Source: Promethearchaeota archaeon
GTDB taxonomy: Archaea; Asgardarchaeota; Hermodarchaeia; Hermodarchaeales; Hermodarchaeaceae
Direction: 5' to 3'
Length of the DNA stretch: 32,000 nt
Assembly: GCA_048938295.1 (NCBI GenBank)
Contig: JBHLMI010000006.1
Coordinates: forward strand, 30,001 to 62,000
Positions 8,472-17,133 of the stretch are shown piece after piece. The position numbers and the translations under genes were made by a program. The notes under the pieces are model-generated. The model made no database searches, had not been told where the DNA came from, and saw nothing but the letters and a program-made list of their open reading frames with translations. Every line of letters begins with the position of its first letter. Position 1 is the stretch's first letter.

Positions 8472-9281
8472 TTATGAGGTTAAGGGTTTAGTAGCTTTAA
8501 CACTCCAACATAGTGGTAAGAGATCTCCTTCTATATGCCATTCTCCATCTTGAATCTTTTCTGCAAATTGAACTGGTTTCCACGGCAAAGCGGGAAATTC
8601 TTTGACTTCAGCGATTATGAGACCTACTTGGATTAAGGCATTAAGAACATCACTCACAGTATGAGCCCATTCGTACCCCCTTGTATTGGTCAACTTTATG
8701 TCTGTATCAACATAGGTCCCTTCCTCATCATAACTGAATGGTTCGTCTGAGTGCCAATATGAGTACTTGACCTTAAGTTCGCTTGGATGATCAAAATCAA
8801 AGACCCAGAAAAATGGGTGTCCATCCACAATGAAGAAGGTTCCACCTGGTTTCAAGTAATTTGCAATTATCTGACCCCATGATTTGATGTCTGCCAACCA
8901 GCAGAGAACACCAAAACTAGTAAAGACGATGTCATATTCGCTCTGATGGACTTTAGGGAGATCGTAGATGTTGCTACAGATGAACTGTGTATCTGAGCCA
9001 ACCTGTTGCGCAAGTTCGCGAGCAAACTTGATTGCTTTATCGCTGAAATCCACACCGGTCGCCTTAGCACCCAGACGAGACCAACTGATTGTGTCAAGCC
9101 CAAAATGGCATTGCAGATGCAACAAACTCTTACCAGACACATCACCCAGTGCATCCAACTCAACCTGGTGGAGACTCGTTGTTCCGGCTAGAAAACCTTC
9201 GAGACCATATTCTTCAGACTTCGCATGAATTGCTACGAGTTCATTCCATCGGCGCTTATTCGCTTCATAGTATTCATCCAT
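8472..9281 (-). CDS. Class I SAM-dependent methyltransferase
   Basis: LLHLQCHFGLDTISW, GVDFS, YDIVFTSFGVLCW, LKPGG, EWAHTVSD. Confidence 0.92.
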   Translation of the reverse strand: MDEYYEANKRRWNELVAIHAKSEEYGLEGFLAGTTSLHQVELDALGDVSGKSLLHLQCHFGLDTISWSRLGAKATGVDFSDKAIKFARELAQQVGSDTQFICSNIYDLPKVHQSEYDIVFTSFGVLCWLADIKSWGQIIANYLKPGGTFFIVDGHPFFWVFDFDHPSELKVKYSYWHSDEPFSYDEEGTYVDTDIKLTNTRGYEWAHTVSDVLNALIQVGLIIAEVKEFPALPWKPVQFAEKIQDGEWHIEGDLLPLCWSVKATKPLTS

Positions 9282-9386
9282 GAAATGACCACCTCTTGAA
9301 CCAAGTGATATGACTTGTGTGACAAGAGAATAGATTAATTATTTTGTGTTTCCAAAGTGCTTGACCTGGAATTCGAAGGTAATTTT

Positions 9387-9944
9387 CTAGCGATCCTTGG
9401 GAATGGGAACTTGAATCAGACCACTTTCGGGATTACGAGCTAGTTCGATGATATTATTACCGATGAGTTGGCAGCTTAGCCGTTTGTGGGGGCGAATACG
9501 AATGAATATCGGTTCTGCTTCGTCTCTTTGCTCTTCAGCCATTCTCAGATTAAATCGGAGGATACGAGTTTGATTAAAGGCATGAAGGCCAACCTGGTTG
9601 TCGAATGGAAATATCTCCGCGTTCCCTTGGAATTGGATTACACCTGCAGGGATAAAGCGAAAGATATGATGAGGGTATGGTACGGCAAAAGACACATGAG
9701 GACTCGATCGGATGTTCTTATATTTCTTTGAGGTTTTTCCGGTAATCACCCAGATGTATAACGGTAACTCAGGCAGGGATACTGCATAACTTACACCGGT
9801 GGTTTGTGACCAGCCTTTAGGGCTCACGGTTCCGAGTAGCCCAAAGCTTTTCTTACGAAGTTGCTTTTCGAGGTAGTCAAAGGTTATTTTTTGAGCCATT
9901 TTTTCCAAGTCCTCCAAAGGATTGAGTTCTTTCTGAGAATCCAC
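9387..9944 (-). CDS. Pyridoxamine 5'-phosphate oxidase-like (split-barrel flavin-binding) protein
   Basis: FGLLGTVSPKGWSQTTGV, SKKYKNIRSSPHVSF, IQFQGNAEI. Confidence 0.8.
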   Translation of the reverse strand: MDSQKELNPLEDLEKMAQKITFDYLEKQLRKKSFGLLGTVSPKGWSQTTGVSYAVSLPELPLYIWVITGKTSKKYKNIRSSPHVSFAVPYPHHIFRFIPAGVIQFQGNAEIFPFDNQVGLHAFNQTRILRFNLRMAEEQRDEAEPIFIRIRPHKRLSCQLIGNNIIELARNPESGLIQVPIPKDR

Positions 9945-10008
9945 GCGAATATACTTTAAGTGAGATATGGAGTTACGCAGACTTCACCTTCAGCTTGCTG
10001 CCTCCCAT

Positions 10009-10140
10009 CTACCTTGATTTGGTGTCAAGAAAGGCTTGCCTGAGTGCCACAATGGTTGGGGGATTAAGACAATTTGCTCGCACTGGACGATTCAATATCA
10101 GATAGAGAATATGGTGTTCAGCTTGTTGTTCAAGGCTCAT
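10009..10140 (-). pseudogene. Enoyl-CoA hydratase/crotonase N-terminal fragment (43 aa)
   Basis: Hand translation MSLEQQAEHHILYLILNRPVRANCLNPPTIVALRQAFLDTKSR*, resembling the crotonase ITLNRPxxxNAL motif; stops early. Confidence 0.55.
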
Positions 10141-10160
10141 CTAAATTCATCACTGAGCGT

Positions 10161-10682
10161 TTAGGTCCATTTAATTCGTTCAAGACTCATGGCTCGAAGC
10201 TGCATGGTCAATTCACCTAGATGATATGTATTGTGCCGGATCAGGTACTGATACTTTTCAAGTATCGAGACAAACCAGTGGAACCCATCTTTTGCCAGAA
10301 ATTCTTTGTCAGTCATACCTTTCAATTTATTCTCCAAGTATCTAGCTATCTCGTTTAGGTAGACGAGAGTATCTCCTTTAACCACTTTTTCAGCAGCTTC
10401 CTTAGCAGGAAGCGTTTCCCACCAATTGATTATTCCAAGCCTAGCACCCCATTGCATTCCATCAGGAGCATCCCGAGAATAGAATTCAGCTGTTTCGACC
10501 ATATGATAAACACGAAGTGAATAGAACCACTCCTCATCAGTCTCAATACCTACAGTCCACTTCTTATCTGGGATTTGTTCGATCGCATTTCGGGTCATCG
10601 CCCACAAGGCCCGAAATTGGCGAGCTAGACTAAAAGCAATTTTGCTTTTGAACTCCGTTTCTTCAAGCTTTGGCATATGCAT
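10161..10682 (-). CDS. DinB/YfiT-family protein
   Basis: VYHMVETAEFY and LIRHNTYHLGELTMQLR His pattern; helical bundle size. Confidence 0.8.
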   Translation of the reverse strand: MHMPKLEETEFKSKIAFSLARQFRALWAMTRNAIEQIPDKKWTVGIETDEEWFYSLRVYHMVETAEFYSRDAPDGMQWGARLGIINWWETLPAKEAAEKVVKGDTLVYLNEIARYLENKLKGMTDKEFLAKDGFHWFVSILEKYQYLIRHNTYHLGELTMQLRAMSLERIKWT

Positions 10683-10753
10683 CCCTGGCAGAAGCTATGG
10701 AATTTGAAGTCTTATAAATCTTGAAAACTTAAGGGCTTCAGGCGATATCATCG

Positions 10754-11281
10754 ATGTCTACTAGACAGCACCTAATTGCCATTCTTGCCCTCCCCTTCAC
10801 AGTCACCATCATCATTCCTATTCTCCTTCTGCTCCTATCAGAGTGGTCAGGTCATCCTTGGTTATTCCTCTATCCCCTGAACCCTCTAACACTCATACTA
10901 GGTACCATGAGCAGCGCCATAGGACTTGTAACCCTCTACAAAACCAACCAAGCCTTCGCCCGTACTGGTAAAGGAACCCTCGCGCCATGGGCACCCACCC
11001 AACGCTTAGTCGCCGTTGGACTCTACTGCTATGTCCGCAATCCGATGATCATATCCGTGCTTCTCATTCTGCTGGGTGAAGCCATTCTGTTTGGAGCAAC
11101 CCTCCTTTTCCTCTGGTTCTTTATCTTCTGGATTATGAATCATGTCTGGTTCATCTGGTGGGAAGAGCCAGACTTGGAAAGACGATTCGGAGACAAGTAT
11201 CGTGAGTACAAGGCGAATGTTCCGCGATGGTTTCCCCGTCCCACCCCATGGAGACCTCAGTCCACTGACTCAAACATCTAA
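10754..11281 (+). CDS. Isoprenylcysteine carboxyl/phospholipid methyltransferase-family membrane protein
   Basis: GKGTLAPW, GLYCYVRNPMI, EEPDLERRFGDKYREYKANVPRWFP. Confidence 0.88.
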   Translation: MSTRQHLIAILALPFTVTIIIPILLLLLSEWSGHPWLFLYPLNPLTLILGTMSSAIGLVTLYKTNQAFARTGKGTLAPWAPTQRLVAVGLYCYVRNPMIISVLLILLGEAILFGATLLFLWFFIFWIMNHVWFIWWEEPDLERRFGDKYREYKANVPRWFPRPTPWRPQSTDSNI

Positions 11282-11342
11282 TCTGTGGACAGAAATACAG
11301 CAGGTCACCTAGATTAAATGCGAAAACGAGTAACAGGTGCGA

Positions 11343-11480
11343 TTATGTGCCTACGATGGCTTGGGGTTTGACTTCAAACCCAGCCCGGGCACAGCGACAA
11401 CAATACCCAGAGCCCTTATTGATTTGGAGTTCACGGCACCGGAGGCATTCGGTGTGGCGACAGTATCGGCAGGTGCGCAA
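11343..11480 (-). CDS. Cys-rich zinc-finger-like microprotein (45 aa from TTG; 48 aa from GTG at 11489)
   Basis: MRTCRYCRHTECLRCRELQINKGSGYCCRCARAGFEVKPQAIVGT*; SD GGGGTGA 5 nt before TTG; TATA upstream; fills an otherwise empty 350-nt gap. Confidence 0.7.
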   Translation of the reverse strand: MRTCRYCRHTECLRCRELQINKGSGYCCRCARAGFEVKPQAIVGT

Positions 11481-11494
11481 ATGGTTCACCCCAC

Positions 11495-11537
11495 ATCTAT
11501 ATAATCTATAGATTCCTTAGAATAATGACTTATAAAG
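11495..11537 (-). promoter_or_regulatory. TATA box and 7-5-7 palindrome upstream of the microprotein
   Basis: CTTTATAA (minus) at 11530-11537; ATCTATA-TAATC-TATAGAT at 11495-11513. Confidence 0.5.
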
Positions 11538-11550
11538 GTACGGATTTCGT

Positions 11551-11568
11551 CGCCTCTACAAAAAGGCG
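11551..11568 (-). terminator. Possible hairpin downstream of the MFS gene
   Basis: CGCCT-N8-AGGCG stem about 65 nt after the MFS stop. Confidence 0.25.
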
Positions 11569-11631
11569 GGTAATACCATCGCCATCCCACATTTCAGGAA
11601 AGACAAGGCATTTCACAGTAATCTAACTGCT

Positions 11632-13218
11632 TCAAGAGGGCTCGTTGACTTCTTTCGGTTTCTGAAACGCGTCGGTTAACACCGCCCGCTTATCAAGTTC
11701 TTTATACGCTTCGGCAGGAGTCTCAGCGGGAAGCGGTAATTCAGGAATGTCTACTGAAGGAACTTCAGGGATTTCGGGAACCTCATCCTTGATTTCTTCA
11801 AGGAATTCTTCGATGGATTCATCTTTAGGAATGGGGTGTTTAAACCCTCTCTGGATAAGAAATGCCCCAATGAAAGCAACAGCAGCAGCTATCGTAAAGA
11901 CTGCGGGAAACCCGAAAATGGGTAAGAGCTGACTAATGGCAAAGATTAGTGGGATTGAGAGTAGAAATGCGATAGTCGGGCGAAGGCTGTACATACAATT
12001 GCGGATACGGTTGGGAAAAACATCTAACATTACACGCCCACTCAACACTTCACTCATCCGACCGATGAAGTCAGAGGAAACGAAAAGTATCCAAATCAGA
12101 ATCACCGGAAGAATTGATACGAATGGTAAGGTCAGGAAGGGAACAGCGGTGAAGGGAATGAAGACTGTAAGGAATTCGGTCGCACCAAGGGGTGGTGGGA
12201 AAGCAGCTGTTATTAGGACGAGTCCTATACAAAAAGCAACTCCCATAAACTGTATAAACCGAAGCCGTGGAATCCACTTCACCGGATCAAACCGCTGCGA
12301 AACAACACCCGATCTCTCCTGTGCGACGATCATCGGTGCGAACATTGAGGTGCGGAATGCAGATACAGCTATATCACTCAGTAAATATGAGAAGTAGAGG
12401 GGGAACAGCAGGATTTCCCACCATACGATGCCGATGGCCCACATGAGCATTTCGCCTGCCATGGTGAAGGCAACGAATTTTGAGGACCCCATGAACCGGA
12501 TGCCGTCCTTGAGGAGGCGACCGTATTCACGGAAGCCGGTTCGGTGCTCTGTGTATTTTCGGGCACCGGGGAGATCACGAATAAAAACGAAGGCCATAAT
12601 GGCGAGAATGATGAAGAGAATGCCCTGGACTTGGAATACCCATCCATGACTGAAGATGAAGGCAAGGATGCTGCCTGGGATGAGAACAAGGGTAGAAATG
12701 AATTGGAACATTGTTCCTGCACGGGCCCAGAAGACACCGTATTGTTTGCGGTCTTTGTCTTGTGGCATGGCGACACGATAGTTATTATCAAACCAAGCAG
12801 GCATAGCTCCACTTTCCTGGGAGGCGCCCAGCCCCATGAGGACGTAGATTAGAATAAAGACATAAAACGGGACAAAGACCACTGAGACAGCGTAGGCTGT
12901 AAGAAAGAAGGCAATACTGTAACAAATTAGGGCGGAGGCAATGATCCAGCGTTGACCAATCCAGTCGCCAATCCCTCCGGTAGGATAATCTAAAACGACT
13001 TGGACAACGATGCGGATGATGACGAGGAGACCAACCATGGCCATGCCGGCAAGGTAGTCACCACCTCCCAATACCGTCGCAATCGAGATCATCCAGAAGG
13101 TGGTTGAGAGTTGGAAAGCGATGGACCATGTGGAGCCGAGTGACATCACCACTAGGGCGATGCGGTTGGCTTGGGGAGAATCCTCTTTGAATCCAAACAT
13201 TCGGCTCAGGAGACTCAT
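11632..13218 (-). CDS. MFS transporter with acidic/Pro-rich C-terminal tail
   Basis: About 12 hydrophobic helices; LDYPTGGIGDWIGQR (MFS motif A-like), GLGASQESGA, DVFPNRIRNCMYSL. Confidence 0.88.
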   Translation of the reverse strand: MSLLSRMFGFKEDSPQANRIALVVMSLGSTWSIAFQLSTTFWMISIATVLGGGDYLAGMAMVGLLVIIRIVVQVVLDYPTGGIGDWIGQRWIIASALICYSIAFFLTAYAVSVVFVPFYVFILIYVLMGLGASQESGAMPAWFDNNYRVAMPQDKDRKQYGVFWARAGTMFQFISTLVLIPGSILAFIFSHGWVFQVQGILFIILAIMAFVFIRDLPGARKYTEHRTGFREYGRLLKDGIRFMGSSKFVAFTMAGEMLMWAIGIVWWEILLFPLYFSYLLSDIAVSAFRTSMFAPMIVAQERSGVVSQRFDPVKWIPRLRFIQFMGVAFCIGLVLITAAFPPPLGATEFLTVFIPFTAVPFLTLPFVSILPVILIWILFVSSDFIGRMSEVLSGRVMLDVFPNRIRNCMYSLRPTIAFLLSIPLIFAISQLLPIFGFPAVFTIAAAVAFIGAFLIQRGFKHPIPKDESIEEFLEEIKDEVPEIPEVPSVDIPELPLPAETPAEAYKELDKRAVLTDAFQKPKEVNEPS

Positions 13219-13330
13219 GTTTGTCCACGTTCGGCTGTGTTGGTGCGCTGATGTTCCCAGGTGCCTGAGCCTATTAAAGGGGGACTCACTTCACGAGGTC
13301 ACCGATTGTGACTAATGCCGTGTTGGTTGC

Positions 13331-13420
13331 TTCTTCCCCCGTTGGTGTTCGATGGTTCAGGTCACTTGAAGTGGGTGCATCGAACGACTTTATTTTTCTC
13401 AGTGAGTGAGAACACCCTCT
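13331..13420 (-). ncRNA. Structured 5' leader of the MFS gene resembling a degenerate TPP riboswitch
   Basis: GGGUG, CUGAGA, ACCC, ACCUGAAC and CGGGGGAA occur in TPP-aptamer order; P1 and P5 do not pair canonically. TATA-like TTTATAT at about 13430-13436. Confidence 0.35.
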
Positions 13421-13512
13421 TGAACTTTGATATAAAGCTTTCCGTTGAGAAGAAATATTTTAAGTTTTGAAGAAAACTGGAACTCCAATCAATATAATGA
13501 GACACAGACTTT

Positions 13513-13992
13513 ATGATAGATGAAAGGTTGATGGCGGCGATGATTTCAGAAAAGGACTGCGCGCAGCAAGTACGTAAAGTAGGAAACCAAGTTGGATTGC
13601 TCTTCTATCATTTTGCTAGGACTCTGATTGATGAACTTGGTGATGCAAAAGGTAAAGTGCTAATTCTGAAGGCGGTTGAAAGTTATGGCACGGAAAGGGG
13701 GAAAATCATTCGCAAAAGAGTCGAGCAGGCGGGTCTCGAGTTAACAATGGAGAATTTTTCTAAATTCAGTGATTTACCCCAAAGCGGTTGGGAATACAGT
13801 GAGGAAGGGACCACTTACTGCTGTTATGCCGAAGCGTGGATGGATCGGGGGGTTGAGGATCTCGGTCGCTTGTACTGTGAAGTAGACTTTGCCCTATTGA
13901 AGGCGTACAATCCGAAGATGCGTCTGAGGCGGGTAGGAAGCCTTCTTGACGGTGATCCCTGCTGTAAAAGCAAAATCGAATTTGTAGAATGA
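13513..13992 (+). CDS. L-2-amino-thiazoline-4-carboxylate hydrolase-like (ATC_hydrolase family) protein
   Basis: KAVESYGTERG, TYCCYAEAW, GRLYCEVDFA, GSLLDGDPCC. Confidence 0.8.
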   Translation: MIDERLMAAMISEKDCAQQVRKVGNQVGLLFYHFARTLIDELGDAKGKVLILKAVESYGTERGKIIRKRVEQAGLELTMENFSKFSDLPQSGWEYSEEGTTYCCYAEAWMDRGVEDLGRLYCEVDFALLKAYNPKMRLRRVGSLLDGDPCCKSKIEFVE

Positions 13993-14003
13993 GACGATAA
14001 GGT

Positions 14004-14561
14004 ATGAGTAGAGAACAGCGAGTGATCGGAATAAGTGGCAGCCCCCGTTCGAATGGGAATACGGAAACGCTCGTGAATGAGATTCTCACTGGAGCGAATG
14101 AGGCAGGCGCTTCAACCTCGATAGTGATTCTTGCTGACCTTGATATCCGCCCCTGTAAGGGCTGTTTCGCCTGCTCGAAGTTAGGGAAATGCATTCAGGA
14201 TGATGATATGAATGAGCTGGCAGCGACAATGCAACAGAGTGCGGGGTGGGTGCTGGGAACGCCCATCTATTGGTGGGGACCTTCGGCCCAATTCAAAGCG
14301 TTCTTAGATCGCTGGGTTAGTATTCGCCGTGCAACTTTTCGGAATAAGAAGGTGGTGTTGGCGATTCCGATGGGTGGTGGCTCGGAACGGTATGCGCGAC
14401 ATACCGTGGCTATGTTCGAGGATGTGTTCAGCTATTTGAATATGGATCACGTTGGCACGGTTCTTGCGCCTGGATCGGATGAACGCACTGCGGTCAGTAG
14501 TTCGTCAAATCTCTTGATTAAGGCACGCCAGGTTGGTAAAGAGCTTGTTGAGAGACTATGA
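14004..14561 (+). CDS. Iron-sulfur flavoprotein / multimeric flavodoxin (NADPH-dependent FMN reductase family)
   Basis: ISGSPRSNGNT, CKGCFACSKLGKC, DDM, GTPIYWWGPSAQFKAFLDR. Confidence 0.92.
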   Translation: MSREQRVIGISGSPRSNGNTETLVNEILTGANEAGASTSIVILADLDIRPCKGCFACSKLGKCIQDDDMNELAATMQQSAGWVLGTPIYWWGPSAQFKAFLDRWVSIRRATFRNKKVVLAIPMGGGSERYARHTVAMFEDVFSYLNMDHVGTVLAPGSDERTAVSSSSNLLIKARQVGKELVERL

Positions 14562-14579
14562 ATCCACTTAATAATGGGT

Positions 14580-15389
14580 TCATTTCTTGTCAATGGGTTT
14601 GGTGTGTTTATCTAGAATCTCCCAGACGGCAGGAGTTACGGTAGGTGTGGAAAGGCTTACGAACATAGGAGACCGAATACCCATGGTATAGCCTGCTTTT
14701 CCAAGCGAGGAAACGGTTTCTTCGAGTTTTTCTACAGGTAGGGCAAAGATGATTTCATGGTCTTGGACGGCGGCGTACACTCGGTCACCAGCTCCAGGGA
14801 TGACGATGTTGGAATTGCGGGTTATGAACGTATGCAAAACACCACCGATGCAGCTGGCGACTAATCCCATCTGTTTTGTCATGAGGGGTTCGCCAGTAGT
14901 GTAGACACTTGCTTGGATGAGTCTCATGATTTGAGTCGAGTTACCATGAATGAGAATCACATCCGGTTCCACTTTTGTCCAAGCTAGGGGAGAAATGACG
15001 ACGGCCTCGTATTCACCAGGCTTAAGCATGGGGAAATTATCGATGATGCGTTGGGCGGCTTCATCCGTGGCATAATAATCCATGGCGCGTAATGCTTCGA
15101 TGAAGGCGTAATCATCAGTGAGTCTAGTGAATCCGTAGCCGATGAGATTGGGGGTGCATTTCATATCCTCGACTGCAAGCCCCATGGTCCAGCCGATACG
15201 TCGAGCGAAGGTGTAACCTTGACACATGGTTATCTGCATATTGAAGGCACTCGGTTGGCGAACCTTCTCAGGAATGTCATTTTTCGATTTCAGAAGGCGT
15301 ACAGCGAGGGGAAAGGTTTGGAGGTGAAGGTATTCGTTGAGTTTCTTCCCCAGCTCACGAAAATGTTCTAATTTGGGCATGATCTTCAT
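14580..15389 (-). CDS. DUF169-family protein
   Basis: PLAVRL, TMCQGYTFARRIG, EPDVILIHGNSTQIMRLIQA, ASCIGG, IPGAGDR, HEIIFALP. Confidence 0.88.
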   Translation of the reverse strand: MKIMPKLEHFRELGKKLNEYLHLQTFPLAVRLLKSKNDIPEKVRQPSAFNMQITMCQGYTFARRIGWTMGLAVEDMKCTPNLIGYGFTRLTDDYAFIEALRAMDYYATDEAAQRIIDNFPMLKPGEYEAVVISPLAWTKVEPDVILIHGNSTQIMRLIQASVYTTGEPLMTKQMGLVASCIGGVLHTFITRNSNIVIPGAGDRVYAAVQDHEIIFALPVEKLEETVSSLGKAGYTMGIRSPMFVSLSTPTVTPAVWEILDKHTKPIDKK

Positions 15390-15598
15390 CTCGTCATTTC
15401 TTTTTGGTACATTTCAGGACGCTGTGGCTAATTTCCACGATACATAGAAACCTTTTTCGCTTTTATCTGTGGTTATGGGAAAGTCAATTTGCTTAACGCA
15501 TAACCTGCTTTCAATACGCTTAATATTTTACAATTATATTTTTATTAAAAGACTCGACATATCTAGAATATGGAGAAATAATGGGATGGTAGTTAATT

Positions 15599-16108
15599 TT
15601 GGCTATTGTATTTGAGTTGGGCTGTGATTACAACGAGTTTTGCCGATATTACGAGTCGGTCCTAAAGAATGAGGAAGGTCGGGAAAATGGATTGATGTAT
15701 TTCAAACAGGATCCCGAACAGCTCATCGTCTGGCGGAAGGATGATGAGATTGTGGGCCATACTATTTGGCATCATTGTTCAACCGACGAACATCAACCAG
15801 GCAACCCACGGGATGAGGCTGATCGAGCATCGTTGCGAGAGTTATTTGGCGGGAAAATGGACATCATAGAGCTTCACGAAGTGTGGCTCAAAAAGGAATA
15901 TCGAGGCCAAGGGTATGGAGCTCAATTCTTTGCATACTTCGAAGAGCTGATGCGAGGAAAACAACAGCCCGAAATCGCTTATTACGCTTACAATCCAGCG
16001 GCTTTAGCCATCTGTCGAAAACGAGGCTACAAATTAGGCAGCTATATGTACATGCCTGGATTCGAAGGGAACATTGAGAAAACATATGTGATTCGAATGT
16101 CATTGTAA
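15599..16108 (+). CDS. GNAT-family acetyltransferase
   Basis: LHEVWLKKEYRGQGYG motif A; AALAICRKRGY. Confidence 0.8.
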   Translation: MAIVFELGCDYNEFCRYYESVLKNEEGRENGLMYFKQDPEQLIVWRKDDEIVGHTIWHHCSTDEHQPGNPRDEADRASLRELFGGKMDIIELHEVWLKKEYRGQGYGAQFFAYFEELMRGKQQPEIAYYAYNPAALAICRKRGYKLGSYMYMPGFEGNIEKTYVIRMSL

Positions 16109-16115
16109 TCTGTAA

Positions 16116-17045
16116 GTGATTATGGTGGATGCCATCGACAAAGGAATCCTGTTCACCCTTTTACATAATTGCCGAGTCACATTCGAAGAACTTGCCCGTG
16201 ATCACAAAATTACAGCTAATGCCATTAAACGACGTGTTGCTAAGCTACATAAATCGGGAGTAATCTACCAATTCATTATCCGCTTAAGCTGGAAGATGGT
16301 TGATGCGCACCCGTTGATTATCTTTGTCTATTCTGATCGATCTTATGATGATGAAGGGTTCATGAATCACATCGGAGCACACCCTATGGTCAGTCGGGTT
16401 CGCTTCGACTCCTTTGGATCGTCGGTGGTTACCGCGGCTTATCGTGATGGGAATGATATCTATCAGCTTAGCGAATATCTGCAGAACTTGGAAGGAGTCA
16501 ACGATATCGAAATTCATACAATTCCTGCAGACCGCGGCGAGCAGATCAAGTTCACAAGACCCCAATACCGAGTCATGACCCAATTGGCTAAAGATCCTAG
16601 AATGCCCATCTCGCTCATTGCCTCACAATCCGGTCTTTCAGCCAAACGTGTTAGCAAAACTATTAATGAACTTGAGAACAGCAAGAGCCTATTGTTTACT
16701 ATTGATATAGATCCGGCTGCTGGAGCTGGTAACTTCTTAGCATTTCGAATAATCTATCAGCCAAAGGTTACCAACCCCAAGGCAATTATTTCCTCACTTG
16801 AAGAAGAGTTTCACGATAAGATTTGGGATGAATGGCACTCGGCTTCACAGAATCGTTTGTGGATTAACTGTGTCTTGGATAATGTTCGTGAGGCAGAACC
16901 GATTGCTAAGCGTCTGCGAATGATGGCAGGCGTTGAGATTGAAAACACCATCGTTCCGTATCCTGCACGTTATTTTCCAAATTATCGAGATGACCGACTC
17001 CAGGAGTTGTTACAGGAATCAGGTGTGCTGAAAATCTCGAAATAG
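16116..17045 (+). CDS. Tandem winged-HTH Lrp/AsnC-type transcriptional regulator
   Basis: HTH1 NCRVTFEELARDHKITANAIKRRVAKL; HTH2 DPRMPISLIASQSGLSAKRVSKTINEL; each followed by a RAM-like domain. Confidence 0.85.
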   Translation: MIMVDAIDKGILFTLLHNCRVTFEELARDHKITANAIKRRVAKLHKSGVIYQFIIRLSWKMVDAHPLIIFVYSDRSYDDEGFMNHIGAHPMVSRVRFDSFGSSVVTAAYRDGNDIYQLSEYLQNLEGVNDIEIHTIPADRGEQIKFTRPQYRVMTQLAKDPRMPISLIASQSGLSAKRVSKTINELENSKSLLFTIDIDPAAGAGNFLAFRIIYQPKVTNPKAIISSLEEEFHDKIWDEWHSASQNRLWINCVLDNVREAEPIAKRLRMMAGVEIENTIVPYPARYFPNYRDDRLQELLQESGVLKISK

Positions 17046-17133
17046 TTGTTCAGTATTTTTAGAACTAACGTTCAATTTTCCCGAAACAAATAAAAAGGAA
17101 TACAGCACTTTCCCCACTCGCTGGAATCTTCTC

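Noticed and set aside
11358-11392. GGGTTTG-ACTT-CAAACCC hairpin resembling a tRNA T-arm
   Set aside because: No cloverleaf, D-arm or anticodon arm; it lies inside the microprotein ORF.
11540-11583. GGCGATGGTATTACCCGCC (minus) resembling a fluoride riboswitch 5' end
   Set aside because: P1 needs a 3-nt insertion, the conserved 3' motif is missing, it lies upstream of the TATA box, and no fluoride-resistance gene follows.
11747-13315. Many alternative-frame ORFs over the MFS gene, and similar ones over uvrA and other long genes
   Set aside because: Shadow ORFs of well-supported genes; no motifs or ribosome-binding sites.
15400-15510. Short minus-strand open frame in the DUF169/GNAT spacer
   Set aside because: No start codon, SD or recognisable motif; the region is better explained as a divergent promoter.
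17046-17090. Short inverted repeats (GTTC...GAAC) upstream of the ArsR-GyrI gene
   Set aside because: 4-bp arms are expected by chance.
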